64,000 nt of DNA from the NCBI GenBank assembly GCA_046543065.1, contig JBKHAE010000002.1, positions 7,144-71,143 on the forward strand. Direction: 5' to 3'. The notes below the pieces were generated by a model. The model saw only the letters and a program-made list of their open reading frames with translations, had not been told where the DNA came from and searched no databases. A program made the position numbers and the translations under genes. This stretch comes from Desulfobacterales bacterium. Its GTDB lineage: Bacteria > Desulfobacterota > Desulfobacteria > Desulfobacterales > Desulfosalsimonadaceae. Of this stretch, positions 17,802-27,331 are shown piece by piece; the first letter of the stretch is position 1; each line of letters starts with the position of its first letter.

Positions 17802-19576
17802 TTTTCGGACGCCCCTTCCTCGTCTGACTCCAGGGTGGATGTATCGCCTTCCGGCAGCCCCAGCTCCCGGGCTTTAAGAAGCCGGCGCATAATCTTGCCG
17901 GCCTTGTTCTTGGGCAGATTCTGCTGGAATTTAATCTCCTTGGGCGCCACGGCCGAGCCGAGTTCCTTTCGGGCAAATCCCATAAGCTCCCGTCGCAGCG
18001 CATCGCTCGGCTCGAAACCGGGCTTAAGAGAGACAAAGGCCATAACGATTTCGCCGATCATCGGGTGTGGTTTGCCGATCACGCCGGCTTCTGCTACCGC
18101 CGGATGGGCCATCATGGCGCTTTCCACCTCAAACGGGCCGACCATGTGCCCGGAGGTCTTGATGATGTCGTCAGCCCGGCCGACAAACCAGAAATAGCCG
18201 TCTTTATCGCGCCTGGCCAGATCGCCCGTCAGATACCAGCCGTTGCTGAAGCATTGATTATACCGCTCGGGATCATGCAAATAACCCCTGAACATGGAGG
18301 GCCAGCCCGGACGAATGGCCAAATGCCCTTCGGTGTCCGGCGTTTCAATCACTTCCGCCCTGTTTTCCGAACGCCTTTCAATAATCGCCGCCTCAATCCC
18401 GGGCAGCGGGCGTCCCATGGAGCCGGGGCGGATGTCCATGCTGGGATAGTTGGCAATCATAATGCCCCCGGTTTCAGTCTGCCACCAGTTGTCATGGATG
18501 GGAAGACCCAGCACATCCCTTCCCCATAAAACGGCCTCCGGATTAAGGGGCTCGCCCACGCTGTGGATCAGGCGGAGGTGATCCAGGTTGTTTGTTTTCA
18601 GGGGATCCGTGTCCATGCGCATAAGCCTTCGGATGGCCGTGGGGGCGGTGTACCAGATGCTGATCTGCTGATCGTCCAGGATCCGGTACCACCGTTCGGC
18701 ATCAAAATCCGCCTGATCCACGATATTTGTGATGCCATGCACCAGGGGCGCGATAATCCCGTAGGAGGTCCCGGTGACCCACCCGGGATCAGCGGTGCAC
18801 CAGAAAATATCCGCCGGGTGAAAATCCATGACATAGGCACCGGTCATATAATGGATCAGAACGGCATTGTGCACGTGAATCGCGCCCTTGGGCATGCCGG
18901 TGGTGCCGCTGGTGAAATGCAGGAGCGCCATGTCCTCAGGATCTGTGGGGAAAATGGTGAACGCGCCGGATGCCTCGGCCATCTTTTTGGGCATGGACAG
19001 GCAGCCGTCACCGGGATCATCCTGTGCATCCGCAATAAGGATATATTGGAGTTTCGGGAGCCGCCCCCGGATGCCTTTGATCTTTTTGCTGTAAAGCGCC
19101 CCGGTTGTGACCAGCACTCTGACGTCCCCCCGCTGAAGCCGCTGATAGATGGGTTCCGGTCCAAATGCGGCGAACAGGGGACAGAATACCCCTGAAGCCT
19201 TCCATGTACCTAGAGCCGCGATATAAAGGGCCGGCATGCGGCCGGTCAGCACGGACACCCGCTCGCCCTTTTCCAACCCAAGCGTCTTCAGGACATTGGC
19301 GAATCGATTAGACTCTTTTTTGAGATCATCGTAGGTATAATCCAGAATGGCATCGTCCGCGCCGATCCATCTGAGGGCCAGATGATCCTTTAATGGGCCG
19401 GCTGCGTGCCGGTCCACCGCCTCATGGGCGATATTAATCCCCCTGCCGTCCGGCAGTCCGCTTAATTTCCGGCGTATTTTCTTCCAGGAGAATTCCGCGC
19501 AGATCTGTTCATAATCACCGAGGTTGGGGGGCACGCGGTTTTGTTCGGGGATTTTTTTCACGGTTTGCCAGGTCAT
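17798..19576 (-). CDS. AMP-forming acyl-CoA synthetase (acetyl-CoA-synthetase-like, short form)
   Basis: [36 protein letters not shown] and the C-terminal [12 protein letters not shown] motif. Confidence 0.85.
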   Translation of the reverse strand: MTWQTVKKIPEQNRVPPNLGDYEQICAEFSWKKIRRKLSGLPDGRGINIAHEAVDRHAAGPLKDHLALRWIGADDAILDYTYDDLKKESNRFANVLKTLGLEKGERVSVLTGRMPALYIAALGTWKASGVFCPLFAAFGPEPIYQRLQRGDVRVLVTTGALYSKKIKGIRGRLPKLQYILIADAQDDPGDGCLSMPKKMAEASGAFTIFPTDPEDMALLHFTSGTTGMPKGAIHVHNAVLIHYMTGAYVMDFHPADIFWCTADPGWVTGTSYGIIAPLVHGITNIVDQADFDAERWYRILDDQQISIWYTAPTAIRRLMRMDTDPLKTNNLDHLRLIHSVGEPLNPEAVLWGRDVLGLPIHDNWWQTETGGIMIANYPSMDIRPGSMGRPLPGIEAAIIERRSENRAEVIETPDTEGHLAIRPGWPSMFRGYLHDPERYNQCFSNGWYLTGDLARRDKDGYFWFVGRADDIIKTSGHMVGPFEVESAMMAHPAVAEAGVIGKPHPMIGEIVMAFVSLKPGFEPSDALRRELMGFARKELGSAVAPKEIKFQQNLPKNKAGKIMRRLLKARELGLPEGDTSTLESDEEGASEK

Positions 19577-19849
19577 TGGCTTTTCTCCCGCATTGATGGT
19601 ATAATTTCGGCAGCTAAACGAAAATCATAGCGGTTTCTAAAAATTTTATCAGGCAAGAGGCTTAAGCGCGCTACGCTATGTCATATTATGTTAGGGACCA
19701 GAATGATCGCGGCTTGTTAACAAGTAACTTATGCATCAATCGTACCAGCTCTTATTCTTTATGATTTATAAACGAACTGCCGGATATAAGCCGATTATAT
19801 GGCTATATTCGAAATATCGGTAAATAATCCCAACGATAAGGGGTTTGCC

Positions 19850-20578
19850 ATGCAGTGCGTGGTTTATGAACTCGGCCGGATTGAATACAGCCAATGCTAT
19901 CAGCTGCAGCGGTATCTGCAGCTCAAGCGGATCAATGGGGACATCCCAGACGTTTTGCTGATCCTCGAACACCCGCCCACCCTTACCATCGGAAAAACGG
20001 GGCGGATAGAAAATGTGCTGGTGCCGGTGAGCCGGCTTAAGCAGGAGGGAATTTCTTTAATTCCTTCGGACCGGGGCGGTGATGCCACTTATCACGGGCC
20101 CGGCCAGATGGTAGCCTATCCGATTTTATCCCTCCATGACAGGGGCCGGGATATACCCCGCTATGTCCGCAATCTTGAAGAAGTGGCCATACGAACACTA
20201 AAAGACTTTGGCATTATTGCTGCAAGGGATGATTATCATCCAGGGGTATGGATAGGCACGGCAGAAATCGCCGCCATCGGCCTGAGCATTAAAAAATGGG
20301 TGACTATGCACGGACTGGCCCTTAACGTGGCCCCGGAGATGGCGCATTATGCATTTATCAATCCATGCGGTTTTAAGGAAAGGAAAGCCGCATCAATGGC
20401 CGATGTGCTCGGCCGCGAGATCCCCATAGAGGGCGTGATCTCAGCGTTTATCAATCATTTTTCAGATATATTCGACATCGCCGTCACATTAGGCGACCAT
20501 ACCGAGCTATGGAGAAGCTATGAAGAAAACCTTCCCGAAATGGATCAAATGGCGAGCGCCCGACCCGGCGATGCTTAA
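19850..20578 (+). CDS. lipB: Lipoyl(octanoyl) transferase
   Basis: LLILEHPPTLTIGKTG, RGGDATYHGPGQ and the conserved region KxxxHG (KKWVTMHGLALNV). The start was chosen at MQCVVYEL. Confidence 0.85.
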   Translation: MQCVVYELGRIEYSQCYQLQRYLQLKRINGDIPDVLLILEHPPTLTIGKTGRIENVLVPVSRLKQEGISLIPSDRGGDATYHGPGQMVAYPILSLHDRGRDIPRYVRNLEEVAIRTLKDFGIIAARDDYHPGVWIGTAEIAAIGLSIKKWVTMHGLALNVAPEMAHYAFINPCGFKERKAASMADVLGREIPIEGVISAFINHFSDIFDIAVTLGDHTELWRSYEENLPEMDQMASARPGDA

Positions 20579-21428
20579 AAGCATGCAGGCGCTTTTAAAG
20601 GACTTGAATCTCCATACCATCTGTGAAAGCGCCCAGTGTCCGAATATGGGTTTTTGCTTTGCCCGTAAGACCGCTACATTTTTAATACTTGGCGATGTCT
20701 GCACCAGAAGCTGCACTTTTTGCGGGGTCAAAAAAGGGATTCCCCTGCCTGTTGATCAAAATGAGCCCGCCGCGGTAACCGAGGCGGTCCGCAGGCTCGG
20801 TTTAAAATACGCGGTCATCACCTCGGTTACCCGGGATGACCTTTCAGATGGGGGCGCCTCCCAATTCGCAGAGGTAATCAGCCGACTTCATGAACTGGAT
20901 ACGGACATTACCGTTGAAGTCTTGATTCCCGACTTTAAAGGCTCATTTGACGCCCTGCGGTTTGTCGCAAAGGCCGGACCGCAAGTGATCAACCACAATA
21001 TTGAAACCATCCGCCGGCTGTATCCGAATGTCAGGCCGGGGGCCGTTTATGAGCGGTCGTTGGCCCTGCTTGCCGACATTAAGCACATTCAGCCGGATAT
21101 TATCACCAAGTCCGGAATGATGCTGGGCCTTGGGGAGTCGGCCGAAGAAGTGATCCAGGCAATGCGGGATTTACGAGATGCTGATTGTGATCTTCTGACC
21201 ATGGGGCAGTATCTGCAGCCCTCTCCAACGCATCACGAGATAAAATCATTCGTATCCCCGGAGAGGTTTTCAGAATATGCATCCATGGCCCTTGAGATGG
21301 GCTTTAAAGGGGCGGCCGCAGCGCCGCTGGTCAGAAGCTCATTTAAGGCGGATGAGCTGTATCAAACAGCTGTAAGAATGACGCATTATCCCAAAACCGA
21401 AACCAAAGGCCAGATCCATGCTGAATGA
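20520..21428 (+). CDS. lipA: Lipoyl synthase (radical SAM)
   Basis: N-terminal cluster CESAQCPNMGFC, radical-SAM CTRSCTFCGV, and C-terminal RSS(F/Y) (LVRSSFKA). Confidence 0.9.
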   Translation: MKKTFPKWIKWRAPDPAMLKSMQALLKDLNLHTICESAQCPNMGFCFARKTATFLILGDVCTRSCTFCGVKKGIPLPVDQNEPAAVTEAVRRLGLKYAVITSVTRDDLSDGGASQFAEVISRLHELDTDITVEVLIPDFKGSFDALRFVAKAGPQVINHNIETIRRLYPNVRPGAVYERSLALLADIKHIQPDIITKSGMMLGLGESAEEVIQAMRDLRDADCDLLTMGQYLQPSPTHHEIKSFVSPERFSEYASMALEMGFKGAAAAPLVRSSFKADELYQTAVRMTHYPKTETKGQIHAE

Positions 21429-21669
21429 AAATGAAATGAAAACGGCGGTCCTGGAGATTATCGGCAGAATCGCGCCGGAGGCGGGCATTAAAAACCTTGA
21501 TCCCGGAAAACGGCTGCGCGATCAGTTTGATTTTGATTCCGTTGATTTTATGGATTTTGCGGCTGCCCTGCAGGATAGGCTGGATGTCAAGATCCCGGAA
21601 GCGGACTATCCGGAACTGGCGACCCTAAACAGCTGTATCGCCTATCTGCGATCGAAAATGAACGCATAA
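21418..21669 (+). CDS. Acyl/peptidyl carrier protein (phosphopantetheine-binding), paralog 2
   Basis: 83 aa with the motif FDFDSVDFMDFA. It shares ...IPEADY...L.TL......YL... with 14344-14589 and overlaps the lipA stop. Confidence 0.75.
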   Translation: MLNENEMKTAVLEIIGRIAPEAGIKNLDPGKRLRDQFDFDSVDFMDFAAALQDRLDVKIPEADYPELATLNSCIAYLRSKMNA

Positions 21670-21721
21670 GGTTGCGAACCATAATCTTGGACATTTTACT
21701 TTTACTACACTAACAAAACCG

Positions 21722-21744
21722 GAGTAAGAGTAAGAGTAAGACGG
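21722..21744 (+). repeat. Hexamer tandem repeat family, copy 3
   Basis: gagtaagagtaagagtaagacgg lies in the convergent spacer between the carrier-protein gene and the Pat-like gene. Confidence 0.8.
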
Positions 21745-21752
21745 TGTATCAA

Positions 21753-24449
21753 TTACAGCGTCAGTGAGACAATCATCGTGCCGGGTTCACCGGGTTCGCT
21801 TCTTATCTTAAAACCAAATGCCTTACAAAGCTTCAGCATGGGCCGGTTTTCGCCCAAAACTTCCCCATAAATTTCGCCGACCCCCTGATCTCTGGCGTAA
21901 TCGATAATGCGGCGCATGAGCATGGGCCCCAGGCCCATTCCGGTCATGTCATGGCGGATGAGGATTGCAAATTCCGCCCGTTCTTTGTCCGGATCCGCGG
22001 CATATCGCACAATCCCGTAAAGACTGAATTCCTCCGATACAACCGGATCGCAGAGGACCAGGGCCATCTCCCGGTCATAGTCAATCTGGGTCAGGCGTGC
22101 CGCCATTTTATGGCTCATGGTTTTCATTGAGTGCAGAAACCGGAAACGGATCTCATCCAGGGAAAGCGCGGAAAAAAGCGTTTGAAAGGCCGGTTCATCC
22201 TCCGGTCGGATGGGACGAATCAAAAGTTTCTTGCCGCCGGGCAGGTTGAGGGTTTCCTCGAGTTCATTGGGATATGGACAGATCACGAATCGCTCTGAAG
22301 CCGGGATCTGCGATTTGACAATCCTGATGCGGGCATCCAATGCCATCACCCCCTGCTCGTCCGCGATCAGGGGATTGATATCCAGTTCGGCGATGTCTGC
22401 CATATCTGTGATCAGCTGCGATATTTTGACAAGTGTCAATTCAATGCTTTCCAAATCGGCGGGCGGTTTACCATAATGGCCTTCCAGATGTCGGTAAATC
22501 CGCGTGCGGCTCATAAGCTCCCTGGCAAGATTCATATTAAGGGGCGGCAGGCCAATGGCTTTGTCCTGGATCACCTCTACAGCGGTACCCCCCTGGCCGA
22601 ACAGGATCACCGGGCCGAACTGGCGATCATCGCTTATGCCGATAATCAGTTCCCTGGCATTGGGGCGCTGCACCATCTCCTGCACGGTAAATCCGGAGAT
22701 GGCCGCTCCAGGCTTTAGGGCACGGATGCGCTCTTTCATCACAGTCGCCGTCTTTTTAACCAACTCCGGCGAGGCGAGATTCAACGCCACGCCGCCCGCA
22801 TTTGACTTATGGACGATATCCGGGGATAAAATCTTCAACGCCACCAATCCGCCCAATTCGGCAGCAATCTCCGAGGCCTGTTCGGGTGTCTCGGCTTCGT
22901 AGGTCCGGACCACCGGAATTTGATAACAGGCCAACACCGCTTTTGCCTCGATTTCCGTCAGCCACGGCCGATCCTCAGACCACGCCTTATCGATAATCCC
23001 GAAAACCTTATCTTTTTCCGGCGCAAAGACCTCAGGGATGTTTGGCGGGGTCTCCATTAACATTTCCTGGCTGCGCCGGTAGCGCACAATCTGCATAAAT
23101 CCGCGCACTGCCTCGTCCGGGGTCCCATAAGTGGGAATCCGGTTTTCGGCAAATATCTTCCGGGCCTCGCGGGCGACATCCATCCCCAGCCATGATGTAA
23201 ATACGCCGCGGGAGGCGGCTTTAGAGCCGCTTTCCTTCAATGTCTCGACGACTGTGCGGGCCGCTTCGGTGCTTGAAGCTACAGCCGTCGGGCAGTTTAA
23301 AATGAGCAGGGCATCGACATGTTTATCCTCAAGCAGCACTGTTAGCGCATCCCCATAGCGATCCGGCGGTGCATCACCGATAATATCCACCGGATTATTA
23401 TGCGACCAGGTGGGCGGCAGCACGTGATTCAATCGGTCGATGGTGGCCGGAGACAATTCGGCCAGACGTCCTTTTTTATCGATTAAGACATCAGTTGCCA
23501 TAACCCCCACACCGCCGCCGTTGGTGAGGATGGCGAGGCGGTCGCCGGAAAACCGGCGGGCTTTGCCCAGGGTTTCAACGGAATCAAAAAGGGCCTGCAT
23601 ATCTGTCACCCGAAGGATTCCCGCCCGCTGGAACGCCGTATTATAGACGTCATCTGCTCCTGCCAGCGCGCCAGTATGGGAAGCCGCGGCCTTTGCACTC
23701 TCGGCATGGCGCCCGGCCTTAACCACGACCACAGGCTTCATCCGGGCCGCGGCCCGGGCGGCGGACATAAATTTTCGGGTATGGGTGACCGCTTCTATAT
23801 AGAGGAGGATGGCCCTGGTGGTAAAATCGGTGGCAAGGTAATCAAGCATATCTCCGAAATCCACATCCGCCATGTCCCCCACGGAGACAAAGTGGGAAAA
23901 ACCGATGCCCTTTGAGGTGGCCCAGTCCAGGACGGATGTTTGAATTGCGCCCGATTGGGCGACAAATGCGATATCGCCTTTGAGCGGATGGACGTGGCCG
24001 AAGGTGGCGTTAAGGCCCCGTCCGGGCACCATGATCCCCAGACAGTTGGGCCCCACAATGCGCAGCAGATGATGACCTGCAGATTCCAGCATTCGGGCGG
24101 CCAGATGTCTTCCCTGGTCGCTTTCGCCCTCGCCAAACCCGGCGGTGATGACCACAGCGGATCGGGCGCCACGGCGGCCCAGTTTTTCAATCAGATCCGG
24201 CACCGTATCCGGGGGCGTGGCGATCACGGCGAGATCCGGCGCTTCCGGCAGATTGTCCACACTCGGGTAGGCCCGGCGCCCTTCGATTTCCTTGTACCTG
24301 GGGCTTACAGGAAAAATATCGCCTTCAAAGCCGCCGCTTATCAAGTTATGGGCAAGCACCGCGCCTATGGTGCCGGGCTTTTGGCTGGCGCCCACCAATG
24401 CGACCGAGTTCGGGTTAAACATGATATCCAGGTTGCGGATGGTCATCAC
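21753..24449 (-). CDS. Pat-like bifunctional protein: ADP-forming acyl-CoA synthetase-like (CoA-binding/ATP-grasp) N-terminal region + C-terminal GNAT acetyltransferase
   Basis: 898 aa. The N-terminus VALVGASQKPGTIG... is a CoA-binding region, followed by succinyl-CoA-synthetase-like and ATP-grasp segments. The C-terminal ~190 aa have a GNAT pattern (HDMTGMGLGPMLMRRIIDYA). Confidence 0.8.
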   Translation of the reverse strand: MMTIRNLDIMFNPNSVALVGASQKPGTIGAVLAHNLISGGFEGDIFPVSPRYKEIEGRRAYPSVDNLPEAPDLAVIATPPDTVPDLIEKLGRRGARSAVVITAGFGEGESDQGRHLAARMLESAGHHLLRIVGPNCLGIMVPGRGLNATFGHVHPLKGDIAFVAQSGAIQTSVLDWATSKGIGFSHFVSVGDMADVDFGDMLDYLATDFTTRAILLYIEAVTHTRKFMSAARAAARMKPVVVVKAGRHAESAKAAASHTGALAGADDVYNTAFQRAGILRVTDMQALFDSVETLGKARRFSGDRLAILTNGGGVGVMATDVLIDKKGRLAELSPATIDRLNHVLPPTWSHNNPVDIIGDAPPDRYGDALTVLLEDKHVDALLILNCPTAVASSTEAARTVVETLKESGSKAASRGVFTSWLGMDVAREARKIFAENRIPTYGTPDEAVRGFMQIVRYRRSQEMLMETPPNIPEVFAPEKDKVFGIIDKAWSEDRPWLTEIEAKAVLACYQIPVVRTYEAETPEQASEIAAELGGLVALKILSPDIVHKSNAGGVALNLASPELVKKTATVMKERIRALKPGAAISGFTVQEMVQRPNARELIIGISDDRQFGPVILFGQGGTAVEVIQDKAIGLPPLNMNLARELMSRTRIYRHLEGHYGKPPADLESIELTLVKISQLITDMADIAELDINPLIADEQGVMALDARIRIVKSQIPASERFVICPYPNELEETLNLPGGKKLLIRPIRPEDEPAFQTLFSALSLDEIRFRFLHSMKTMSHKMAARLTQIDYDREMALVLCDPVVSEEFSLYGIVRYAADPDKERAEFAILIRHDMTGMGLGPMLMRRIIDYARDQGVGEIYGEVLGENRPMLKLCKAFGFKIRSEPGEPGTMIVSLTL

Positions 24450-24557
24450 ATACCTTTACAATCAATTTCCGGCTGCTGCCGACACCCTGACGAATGCAAT
24501 CTGACAGATCCCAAAGCGCAATGGCGCGATTTTTTGAGATTCCGGCAGCGGCCTGTC

Positions 24558-25103
24558 TCAGAACATCCCGCCGCCGCGGCCCCCTTTGCCCCGGCCGCCC
24601 TGGCCGGGGCCTTTACCCTGACCGCCGCCGCCAAGGCCTTGTCCGCCTTGGCCTGGGCCACGCCCTCGCGCACCGCCTCCCATGCCCCGTCCGCCTTGAT
24701 CCGGGCCGCGCCCGCGCTTGCCCCCACCGCCGCCCATTCCCATACCAGATCCGGGCTGGCCGGTTGCGTTGGGTATTGACTGCAATTGATTACGCTGCCA
24801 GGCGTCAATTGCCTCCTGGACTGTCCCGGCGGAACTGGAAAAAACCTGGATTTGAGTTTGGGCGAGCGCCTCCATGGCCTTGGGGCCGATCTGCCCGGTA
24901 ATCAGTATGTCGGCACCGGCATTGGCGACCATTTTGGCCGTTTGGATGCCTGCCCCGCCGGGCAGGTTTTGCTGCTGCGAATTGCTTAAAAAAGAACTGG
25001 TCCGGCTGTCTGAATCATAGATCACAAAGCCGGCGCATCTTCCGAAACGGGGGTCTAACGAATCCTGCAAGGATTGACCTGTGGAACTGACCGCGATTTT
25101 CAT
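24558..25103 (-). CDS. NifX/NifB-C-terminal-like (dinitrogenase FeMo-cofactor-binding fold) protein with a Gly/Arg-rich C-terminal tail
   Basis: MKIAVSSTG....LDPRFGRCAGFVIYD plus ADILITGQIGPKA are typical of the family. The last ~65 aa are (G/R/Q/P/K) low complexity. Confidence 0.7.
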   Translation of the reverse strand: MKIAVSSTGQSLQDSLDPRFGRCAGFVIYDSDSRTSSFLSNSQQQNLPGGAGIQTAKMVANAGADILITGQIGPKAMEALAQTQIQVFSSSAGTVQEAIDAWQRNQLQSIPNATGQPGSGMGMGGGGGKRGRGPDQGGRGMGGGARGRGPGQGGQGLGGGGQGKGPGQGGRGKGGRGGGMF

Positions 25104-25397
25104 GTCTTAATCTCCTTTTTATTTAAAACTTCATTTAAAAACTGAGTTTATATCTTTATTTTATCTCAATTTATGCTGTTACTCCATGCATAAAATCATA
25201 AATGTTTATTTATCGATTATATGGTAATAATAAAAGAGCATTAACCATGCCACTTGTCCAACATATAGCAGGCAAAATTCTTTCTCAACTCCCAACAAAC
25301 AGCGCTTTTAGACATAATTGATGCTGATAATACAGAAAGCCCCCCCGAAAGAACCAGTTGAACAATGGATTTTACAGCAAGATCAGGTAACGCTATA

Positions 25398-25417
25398 TTA
25401 ACGTTTCGAAACGTTAA
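25398..25417. promoter_or_regulatory. Perfect 20-bp palindrome TTAACGTTTCGAAACGTTAA (candidate activator/UAS site)
   Basis: Exact self-complement in the 600-bp AT-rich leader, ~225 bp upstream of a sigma-54-like promoter. GTAACGCT half-site-like motifs flank it at 25387-25394 and 25430-25437. Confidence 0.4.
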
Positions 25418-25640
25418 AAATTTCTCCAGGTAACGCTGTTTGGTAGAATGAACGCTTTAGGCAGCTGGTATTAATTTATTTAACCGCCCTATCCATATAC
25501 CCCAAGCCGTTTTATTTTATGCTACACAGATTGTATATAAATATTTGAACCCTCTTTGTTAAAGTTCAGCAGACCCGAAAATCTACTTCAATCGAAGAGA
25601 TATTGGCTCTCGTTAGAATTCAGGGGTGAGAGGCTAAAAT

Positions 25641-25656
25641 TGGTATCATTGTTGCA
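25641..25656 (+). promoter_or_regulatory. Sigma-54 (-24/-12)-like promoter TGGTAT-N5-TTGCA
   Basis: tggtatcattgttgca has GG-N10-GC spacing. It lies 50 nt upstream of the CBS gene ATG (25706). Confidence 0.45.
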
Positions 25657-25705
25657 GTTTTTCTAAGCAGGAGGTTTCAGCCACCTTTCATAAAAGGAGA
25701 CGATC

Positions 25706-26275
25706 ATGCATGAAAAGCTTGTCAAAGATCTGATGGTGCCGCTTAGCGAGTATGCGGCCATCAGCGAAAATGCCAGCCTCCATGATGCCGTCCAGGCGCT
25801 GGAAAAGGCCCAGACCGCTTGGGAAACATCCAAAAGCCCCTACCAGCACAGGGCCGTTTTGGTCTATGATAAAAATCACGAGATCGTCGGCAAATTGGGC
25901 CAAATTGAAATCCTCAAGGGTTTGGAGCCCAAATACAATCAAGGGGCCATGCTGAACGACCGGATCACGGAGTGCGGCTTTAGCAAGGAGTTTATGCGAG
26001 CTCTCATTACAAAATACTCTCTTCTTGACAAGCCACTTCTGGACATATGCAGAAAGGCATCTAAAATCAAAGCCAAAGACTGCATGTACATCCCGGAAGA
26101 GGGTGAATTTATAGATACAGAAGAAACGCTTAATCTGGCGATTAACCAGCTGGTTCTGGGCCGCTATCAATCCCTGCTGGTCACCAGAAACAAGAAAATC
26201 GCAGGTATCCTCCGTTTGACAGATGTTTTTAAGGAGGTGAGCGATTCGATTAAAGTTTGTGCCATCGAGGATTAA
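25706..26275 (+). CDS. CBS-pair domain protein
   Basis: Two CBS motifs (VKDLMVPLSEYAAISENASLHDAVQAL...AVLVYD and AKDCMY...LLVTRNKKIAGILRLTDVF). AAGGAG RBS. Confidence 0.8.
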   Translation: MHEKLVKDLMVPLSEYAAISENASLHDAVQALEKAQTAWETSKSPYQHRAVLVYDKNHEIVGKLGQIEILKGLEPKYNQGAMLNDRITECGFSKEFMRALITKYSLLDKPLLDICRKASKIKAKDCMYIPEEGEFIDTEETLNLAINQLVLGRYQSLLVTRNKKIAGILRLTDVFKEVSDSIKVCAIED

Positions 26276-26279
26276 GCTC

Positions 26280-27248
26280 ATGCCAAAAGAAAAAAGCATC
26301 CTATTTGCCATAGACAGCTCGGACTTCTCCAAACAGGCCTTGATAAAAACCGGTAAGCTCTTAAAACCAAATGAAGATTTTAAGATAATACTATTCCATG
26401 GAACGGCGGATCCCTGCGCCATTTTACCCCCTGAACTGCTCGGCGAGGATTCCGGATCAATTGAAAGCCCTCAGGTGATTTGGAATTTGGAGGCGCGTAA
26501 AGTTTTGGATAATGCCAGAGAAGCATTGATTGCATCCGGATTTAACCCGGAGCGGATATCTACCGTCTTTGAAGAAAAATGCAATGACCCGGCAGCTTCA
26601 ATGCTAAAGACAGCGGATAAGCAGCCAGTTGAAACGCTTGCTTTGGGGCGCTGGGGAAAATCGAGCGTTTCCCGGCAAATCATCGGGGCGAATACATACC
26701 ACCTGGCCCAGCTGGCGAATAATATCCCACTCTGGGTGATTGATCCGCGCATCTACTCGTATAATGTTCTGGTAGGACTGGTCGGTGCCCCGATCAGTCA
26801 AAGGGTGGTGGATTATACCGTAAAATATTTCAGCCATTTAAAAGACAGCACGTTTACGTTATTTCATGTCATCCCCCCCTTGCCGCCGCAAGGATTGGAT
26901 TCAGTAGACATCGTTAACATCGAAGGCAATGAACATCAGCAGAAAATCATATGGGAAAAAATCGTTTTTCACTTCAAGGACTACACAGACAAAGTCAAAG
27001 AAATTGCCAATGACGCCAGAGACAAACTGATCAAAGCCGGAATCCCGGAGAAGAATGTTTTCTTAAAGATTCAATCACAAAAAAGGGGAATTGCCAGGGA
27101 CATCCTTGTGGAACTGGAGGATGGCAACCACGGAATTCTGGTCATCGGCCGCAGAGGATTTAAAGATATCAGAGACTTTGGTCTAGGCAGCAAAGCAAAC
27201 AAACTTCTTATTAAAGCCCGGGTGTTTAGCCTTTGTCTCGTCAACTGA
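26280..27248 (+). CDS. Tandem universal stress protein (UspA family)
   Basis: Two USP halves. The C-terminal ATP motif is VIGRRGFKDIRDFGLGSKANKLL (G-2x-G-9x-GS). Confidence 0.8.
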   Translation: MPKEKSILFAIDSSDFSKQALIKTGKLLKPNEDFKIILFHGTADPCAILPPELLGEDSGSIESPQVIWNLEARKVLDNAREALIASGFNPERISTVFEEKCNDPAASMLKTADKQPVETLALGRWGKSSVSRQIIGANTYHLAQLANNIPLWVIDPRIYSYNVLVGLVGAPISQRVVDYTVKYFSHLKDSTFTLFHVIPPLPPQGLDSVDIVNIEGNEHQQKIIWEKIVFHFKDYTDKVKEIANDARDKLIKAGIPEKNVFLKIQSQKRGIARDILVELEDGNHGILVIGRRGFKDIRDFGLGSKANKLLIKARVFSLCLVN

Positions 27249-27331
27249 TCATTTATCCATCCCTCCTCAAGCGCGCTTAGGCCTCAAAACCGGACTGAGC
27301 CTTTTAAACCTTTAATTAGGAGAATGGAAAA

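Noticed and set aside
18563-19195. Long antisense ORFs within the ligase, E1 and E2 genes. Examples are 18563-19195, 15358-16143 and 17652-18197.
   Set aside because: These are typical GC-rich antisense open frames. The opposite-strand genes carry clear catalytic motifs and translational coupling. No independent evidence supports them.
23940-24808. ORFs spanning the Pat-like start and the Gly-rich tail region: 23940-24779 on the plus strand and 24446-24808 on the minus strand.
   Set aside because: They arise from the GC-rich GGN/CCN repeat DNA encoding the RGG tail and from antisense of the Pat-like gene. Their products are Ala/Pro/Gly/Arg low complexity.
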